Origin: a virus
Taxonomy: Duplodnaviria; Heunggongvirae; Uroviricota; Caudoviricetes
IMG/VR virus record: IMGVR_UViG_3300031992_000063
Span: 1 to 22,389 of that record
DNA: 22,389 nt
Strand: one strand, 5' to 3'
Shown: piece after piece, positions 18,901 to 22,389 of the stretch
Numbering within the stretch: position 1 is the first letter of the stretch
Layout of the letters: each line of letters opens with the position of its first letter
The notes under the pieces: model-generated
Seen by the model: the letters and a program-made list of their open reading frames with translations, nothing else
The model's database searches: none
Told to the model about the DNA's origin: nothing
Program-made: the position numbers and the translations under genes

Positions 18901-21900
18901 ATGGCAAGTCAAGTAAGCGGTGTTATTGAATATATTTAGCCAGGTGGCTCTAGCGGTACTAAGTACGCAATCGCGGCAACCGCTTATGGCGTTTGTGATG
19001 TCGCCGCAAGTGAATCAATTAAAAATGTAGATATGACGGGATTTAAGCTAGAGAAAGGCATGACGGTTCATATTAAATTTACTAATGCCAATTCTGCTAG
19101 CAATCCGAAATTAAAATTTAATAGTGAAGCAGATACCAATGCTAAACCTATTGTATAGTACGGTACTACCGCCGCAGGAACCACCGAAGAAACCAATGGC
19201 TGGTATGCCGGGGCAGTTCTTACTTTAACCTATGATGGAACTAGTTGGGTTAGAGACTAGGGATTTAATACTAATGTGAATACATGGCGTGGTATCCAAG
19301 ATAAATTAACTTCCGATAGTGCTACTGATTCTTTAAGCGCTAAACAAGGTAAAGTTCTAAAAGGATTAATAGACGAAATGGATGCCACGACTCCTGCCGC
19401 GGATGGTAATGCTACTGCTTTTATTGATGACATTACGTAGACTGATGGGAAAATTACTTCTATTACAAAGAAAAACATTCCCACTGTATCTTCTAGTACG
19501 GCAGGCTTGGCACCAAAAGGCGAAGCTGTCAGTAGTTAGTCTCAGTCAACTAAATTTTTGCGTTCAGATGGACAATGGGTAGCCCCAAGTTATACCGTAA
19601 TTCAAGGTACTGCTGGAGATAATTTAATTTCTAATTTATATTTATCAGCATACGGTGGCAGTATTGTAAGTTATGATTCATTAAAACATGAATATACAAT
19701 GTCCCCAACTACTGATAAAGCAAGCGGCGTGACTGGGCTAACTATTGCTAATAATAAGGTCTATATTCCTTGGGGATATAACTTTATTTTAAGTTGTGAA
19801 ATTTATTCTACAGTTGCGGCATCATTTAGTTATGATGAAAATACAGCGTTAGAAAGTGGTTATACTGGTAATCATAGCAGTAATGATTGGTATAATAATC
19901 ATAAGGGTAGTAGTACTAGTATACCTGCTAATACATGGACAAAAGTATGGTATTCGCATAGTAATACTGATGAAACAAAAAACCCAAATCATGGTGGAAT
20001 TTGGGAATATAGTTATTTTGGAATTATAATAAATGATAATACTAAAAATAAGCAATTCAAAATAAGAAATGTTTATGGTTATTTTGGAACAGATACTAGT
20101 GCCTATTATCATCATAACGGTTTTGAAAGTATTAAAAATATTACTCGTGATGGCACAACTTTTACTGCTACAAGATTAGATGGCTCTACTTTTACTTTTT
20201 CTCAACAAGACTCCGACACCAAATCTTTTACTATTACAGCAAACGCAACTGATGGCTTATGGGATTTAACTGGTACTAATGGAACAAATGCAGTTACCTA
20301 TTCACTTGCTCCATATAGTGCTAAAGGTTCTGCCGCGAGTTTTTATACAGCAGCAACTAATCCTACTTTAACGACTAGATTAAATTATGATGGTTATCTT
20401 TACGCGACTAAATTATATAGCGGCGGTTCAGAAGTTTCTATTAATGGGCATACACACTCTTATTTAGTTCCATTAGCGTCAATAAGTAGCGGACAAAATT
20501 CACCTAATAATACATTATTATTAGCAATCAAAAAATATTTTGATGATAATAAAACTACAATACCACGAAATTCTTTAATTGATTTATAGGTTTCTGCTTA
20601 CAGTAATAGTCTTAATGCGTTTGGATATTTTATTAGCAATTATAACGATAATCCATATGGTGGTTTTTTTGTTACTCACTATAATACTCCACGCTATATT
20701 GGCATATCAGGTGGTAATTATGATGAATCTCGTATTGCTCGTATTGACGTAACGAATACAACTACTAATGGTCAAATTATAATTGCAGATGGTTCCGATG
20801 GAAAAATTAAAACAAGTGGTTATACAATTGCTACTTCAGTCCCGGCAAATGCAGTATTTACAGATACGAATAAATATCATAAAAGTGGTTCATGGGGCGG
20901 TACTAATAATTTAACATATACCGCTACTGCAGTTAACAGTGCAGATACATTAGCGTTTACATTAGCAACAGCTTCTACAAGTGCTTATGGCGCAACTAAA
21001 TTATATAGCGGTGTTGATAGTAATTCTGAAGCTTTTTCTGCAACTCCTAAGGCAGTCAAAATAGCATACGATTAGGCAACAACTGCTTTAAATACCGCAA
21101 ACAACTTATTAGCAACAGCAGATGCTTTGGTATTTAAAGGCACTCTAAGTGATGCTACAAAAGTACCGTCTAATGGTTATTCGGCTGGTTGGACTTACAA
21201 AATTACTGCTGATGGTACTTACGCCGGTATTGTTTGTGAAGTAGGTGACTTATTAATTGCCACAACTGATGCTACGGATGGACAAACTGCAGTTAATAAT
21301 GCTCATTGGACTGTTGTACAAGAAAATATTAATGGCTATATTCATTATTTTAATAATCATGATAATGATATTGATTCATTAATTACTATGCCATATTTAC
21401 AGACCGCAGCATTAAATGGTGGAAATTGGAGCGGTACAAAACCAACAGGTTCACATAATGGTGTTGCTTTATTTAACTTTTAGACACATAATGGTAATTA
21501 TTATACACAATTAGCTTTAGATACAAATCAAAATCGTTTATGGCTTCGCTCTGCAAATAATGCTACAACTTTTGGAAATTGGGCTAAAATTGCTACGGTA
21601 GCGGATATTGAGGCGTTGGATGCTAACTTAAATAGTACTACTCCAGGAGCGGGAAAAACTCTCACTGCTTTTTCATAGACTGATGGTAAGGTTAGCGCTA
21701 CCTTTGGAAATATAAGTATTACAAAATCATAGGTCAGTGATTTTTCGCATACACACCCTGTTTCTCAAATAACTTGGAGTGGTGGCCAAAACTTAGCTAC
21801 TAGCGCGACAGCCAATAATTAGGAATGGTCTATCGACTTAACCCCCGGCTCTTATACTGGAACATATTGGCATGTTTGGAGTGCTACTAAGAGTGGTACA

Positions 21901-22389
21901 ATATTAGGATGTTATCCAGATGATCGGCATGTCACAATGCCAGGCAATATAGCTTCAACTTCTACTTCAACCGGTACTTTATAGGTAACGGGTGGTATTG
22001 GAGCTACTGGATAGGTCACGGCTACACGACTTGCCGCGAATGGAAGTAATACTTCTTATAATTTATATGTAAATGGTACCTCATTATTTAATGGTGATAT
22101 TACTGCCACTGGCAATTCTATATTATATAAAAAAGACGGTTCTCTTAAAATTTATACTACTACTAATACAACTTATGGAGCAGAATCGGTAGCAATTCAA
22201 ACTTGTTTTGATGATAAAGATCCAACCGATATCTCTCATACGTATACTACTACATATGAAGAACGATGCAATTTAATATTGCAACCTAAAGGTGGATAGG
22301 TATATATTGGTGAAGATTTAACAACCGTAGGTAATAAAAATTATTCATTATATGTTACTGGCGGCACATACTTAGGTGGACAAATTAAA
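18901..22389 (+). CDS. Long tail fibre / receptor-binding protein (over 1163 aa, 3' truncated by window); code 15
   Basis: SD AAGGCGGTGA; one frame with 14 TAG=Q and no TAA/TGA to the window end; tail-fibre repeat ASTSAYGATKLYSGVDSNSEAFSATPKAVKIAYD (20971-21072), HTH motifs, knob-like QLALD..RLWLR..W..I segment, TGTLQVTGGIG motif. Confidence 0.85.

Larger units (their letters stand above)
1..22389 (+). mobile_element. Tailed bacteriophage late/structural region using genetic code 15 (TAG=Gln); free phage vs prophage cannot be determined
   Basis: Co-directional, tightly packed genes with tail-fibre motifs (Mtd_N-like N-termini, SHAEG repeats, ATPKAVK fibre repeat, HxH motifs) and a holin; no host housekeeping genes. 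Confidence 0.92.

Noticed and set aside
1317-20115. Minus-strand and alternate-frame ORFs in the supplied track (e.g. 1317-1649, 1940-2212, 6935-7330, 16727-17146, 19849-20115)
   Set aside because: They overlap well-supported + strand genes, lack SD context and look like shadows of repetitive Thr/Ser/Asn-rich coding sequence
2-22389. TAGs as C-to-T deamination or sequencing artefacts, or as pyrrolysine codons
   Set aside because: Deamination would also create TAA from CAA and TGA from CGA, and none occur in frame; TAG aligns with Gln codons in the internal repeat, and no pyl genes are visible

Overview
AT-rich tailed-phage (Caudoviricetes-type) late region, all genes on the + strand. It holds arrays of tail/tail-fibre-like genes (1-7971 and 12098-22389), an LL-H-type holin plus a stand-alone SH3b protein, and a cluster of small Gln/Asn/Cys-rich genes. 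The supplied ORF track is fragmented because this DNA uses TAG as a sense codon for Gln (genetic code 15). Reading TAG as Gln joins the fragments into 25 tightly packed genes with Shine-Dalgarno sites. My hand count is about 87 in-frame TAGs in 15 genes, and all 24 visible gene ends are TAA (22) or TGA (2). A 459-nt internal duplication aligns TAG with CAA/CAG reciprocally, which identifies the amino acid from the sequence alone. TAG use is uneven. A four-gene block (9628-12089, 48 Gln codons) and the body of a YadA-like fibre gene contain none, while the holin is cut by a single TAG. Strong SD motifs and a TG-extended sigmaA-type promoter suggest a Bacillota host. No tRNA, release factor, endolysin catalytic domain, integrase, CRISPR array or reverse transcriptase was seen. 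All translations and counts were done by hand, and no database searches were run.
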